37,096 nt of DNA from Octopus bimaculoides (taxonomy: Eukaryota), in assembly GCF_001194135.2 (NCBI RefSeq), contig NC_068985.1, positions 19,747,621 to 19,784,716 of the forward strand. Direction: 5' to 3'. Shown in pieces: positions 34,940 to 37,096 of this stretch. A program made the position numbers and the translations under genes. Positions within the stretch are counted from its first letter, which is position 1, and each line of letters opens with the position of its first letter. The notes below the pieces were generated by a model. That model saw only the letters and a list, made by a program, of their open reading frames with translations. It did no database searches and had not been told where the DNA came from.

Positions 34940-35196
34940 GTTATAAAGACACTGGATTCTTTTATCTCCAGTATAAACTTGCTGAAGGTATAATAACTTA
35001 TCTCAATGCTTCTAGTGAAGATTTTTTCAATCGGACTACAGTGGATCTGAATCGGCAACCATTTCCACCATACAACAATGATCCTATGGTTTTGGTTTTA
35101 CAGAACCAATTTCCTTTAATTCTCATCCTTAGCTTTTTGCTTTGTGCCATTCACATAGTAAAAGATATTATCCAGGAAAAAGAGCTTAGACTAAAG
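34940..35196 (+). CDS. ABCA3: ABCA3-like, third coding exon (end of ECD1, TM2, EKELRLK motif); absent from the ORF track
   Basis: Acceptor TTTTACAG at 34939 and donor AAG|GTGAGT at 35197. In frame it reads (S)YKDTGFFYLQ...RQPFPPYNNDPMVLVLQNQFPLILILSF...VKDIIQEKELRLK, matching the ABCA GF..LQ, PYPPY..D and EKE.RLK motifs. Confidence 0.95.
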
Positions 35197-35309
35197 GTGA
35201 GTTAACTCAAAAGTTTGGATAATAACTAACTTTGATATATATTACCATGGGGAAGGCAGTATGCTGGCAGAGTTTTTACTGCATTGGACAACATCACTTC
35301 TTTCAGCTT

Positions 35310-35445
35310 TATACATTCTGAGTTCACATGTTGCTGAGGTTGAATTTGCTTTTCATCCTTTCAGGGTGAATGAAATAAACATTAGTCAAGTACTGGGATC
35401 AATATAATCAACTCACCCTCCCCTCAAGATTGCTGGCCTTATGTC
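35310..35445 (+). mobile_element. SINE family A, decayed
   Basis: TACATTCTGAGTTCA...TTTGCTTTTCATCCTTTCAGGG...CTCCCCTCAAGATTGCTGGCCTTATG. Confidence 0.6.
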
Positions 35446-36124
35446 GCAATTGGTTATAATCACCATGGTGATATAACTGGTTTATTGAATATTTTGTTTT
35501 GCTGTTTCTGAAGCCATCTGTGTACAGCTGTAATTAATCTCTATTGATTATTGTCGTAATGAAATCTCTGTTTGTTGTATCAACCATTGTAATTATGCTG
35601 ATGATATGATTTATACTGCATGCAGCAACATATGTAAAATTCTGAAAAGAAAACATTTTTACCTTTGTATTAACTGAGGTTACTCTTTAGTAAACTCTGA
35701 AGAGTAAAAGTAAAATAAAATAATCAAACTTAAATACAATAAATATTTAGTTTTCTTTTCAGCTTTTTAGTTGAAACTAACAATTTGTAGAAATTTATCT
35801 TTGTAACATCGTCATCATCATTTTACTGTCCACTTCCCCATGCATGCATTGGTCAGACAGAATTTGTTGAGGCAAACTTTCTATGGTTGGATACTCATTC
35901 TGTAACCAACCCTCACGTGCCCAGGCAAGATAATATTTCTCTATAATCAGACATGTTTTACAGAAGATTCGAAGCAAAGGGCACTGCATGCATGGTTGCA
36001 TGGTAGTAACGCTTGCTTACAACTATCATGCAATGTCAAGGCAAGGAGAAAGTAACATACACTCATGTTTACATACCCAACCCATATATATAAATATATA
36101 TATATATATATTCTTATATTCTTT

Positions 36125-36263
36125 TACTTATTTCAGTCATTTGACTGTAGCCATGCTGGGGCATTGCCTTTAGTTGATCAAATCGGCCCCAGGACTTATT
36201 CTTTGTATGCCAAGTACTTATTCTATCAGTCTGTTTTGTTGAACCATTAAGTTATATGTTGTC

Positions 36264-36306
<43 letters not shown>

Positions 36307-36462
36307 GGGCTTCTTTCAGTTTCCACCTTCTAAATCCACTCACAAGGCTTTGGTTGGGCTGGGCTGGGGCTATAGTAGAAGACACTTGTCAAAAGTGCCA
36401 CACAGTGGGACTGAACCCTGAACCATGTGGTTGAGAAGCAAATTTCTTACCATACAGTCATA
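36125..36462 (-). mobile_element. SINE family B with internal (TA)n
   Basis: Tail TTTCAGTCATTTGACTGTAGCCATGCTGG and head GGCTTCTTTCAGTTTCC...GTGGGACTGAACCC...CTTACCATACAG, both in reverse. Confidence 0.8.
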
Positions 36463-36829
36463 ACATTAATTGACTAATAGGCTTTGATTTCATATTTTTG
36501 ATGAATAACAAATGTATTCCTTATATTAATACAAGGAAACAAATTTCTAAGGGTTGGGTTTACTTGATTCAATCAGTACTTGACTGTTATTTATGTTATC
36601 AACCCTTGCGAAATGAAATGCAAAGTCAACTTCAGTAACATTTTTACTTAGCACACCACTGAACAAAACTAAATTCTGAAAAACACTTAATCTTGAGCTT
36701 CAGCACGTGTATCCCACCCCTACTACTTTATTTATAAAAAGCTATAATAGTGAAGAGAGAAAAACTAATGTTTCCTCATTTTCAGTGTTATGGCTACTAC
36801 AAATTTTATCTTCTGGTATATTTGTTTAC

Positions 36830-37096
36830 TGTTATGTTTCCCTCGGGTGACTCGCAGAGATAACACAACGAGTTATACAATTTAATTATTACATTTATTG
36901 TTCAATTACATACAAAGAACGCACTCACCCAATGTTCGTTATGAATAAACAAAAGTCATGTCCGCCATATATATATCAATGACATTTTACTACGACAATC
37001 CCACAAGACAACAACAATGAAACAATGAACTCAGACGAACCACATGACACACGGAACGTCAGACGAATTACATATCTAACAGTCCATATAACATTT
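36830..37096 (-). mobile_element. Possible LTR end running off the window
   Basis: Begins TGTTATG with AATAAA on the minus strand ~65 bp inside. Abrupt return of CpG dinucleotides relative to the flank. Confidence 0.3.

Overview
AT-rich, repeat-dense eukaryotic genomic DNA with ten N-gaps (2031-2749, 3277-3286, 4731-5004, 7988-8351, 13369-14232, 14966-15065, 17780-18495, 24923-24986, 32060-32069, 32529-32830). The SINE and microsatellite content resembles an octopus/cephalopod genome (inference). The only host gene I can support is the 5' part of an ABCA-subfamily (ABCA3-like) transporter on the + strand. It has three coding exons (21375-21660, 30770-31006, 34940-35196) that splice in frame through GT-AG sites into 260 aa covering TM1, the first extracellular domain and TM2 up to the EKELRLK motif. 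The gene continues beyond the window, and a 5'-UTR exon must lie upstream. The rest is decayed mobile DNA: CR1/L2-clade LINEs, two R4/Dong-type restriction-endonuclease LINE remnants, a Helitron Rep fragment, a hAT transposase remnant, a hAT MITE with perfect TIRs and TSD, several tRNA-type SINE families, possible LTR ends and many microsatellites. Most long ORFs in the supplied track are artefacts of N-runs or simple repeats. The most notable unannotated structures are (i) hammerhead-ribozyme motifs, one apparently intact at 19621-19672 on the sense strand of the ABCA locus, (ii) a 65-bp-arm fold-back hairpin in the first coding intron, (iii) a covarying 3' stem-loop shared by a LINE and a SINE family, and (iv) R4/Dong copies sitting in TAA/TAG microsatellites. 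I found no multi-gene novel system. All family assignments come from motif recognition by eye, not database searches.
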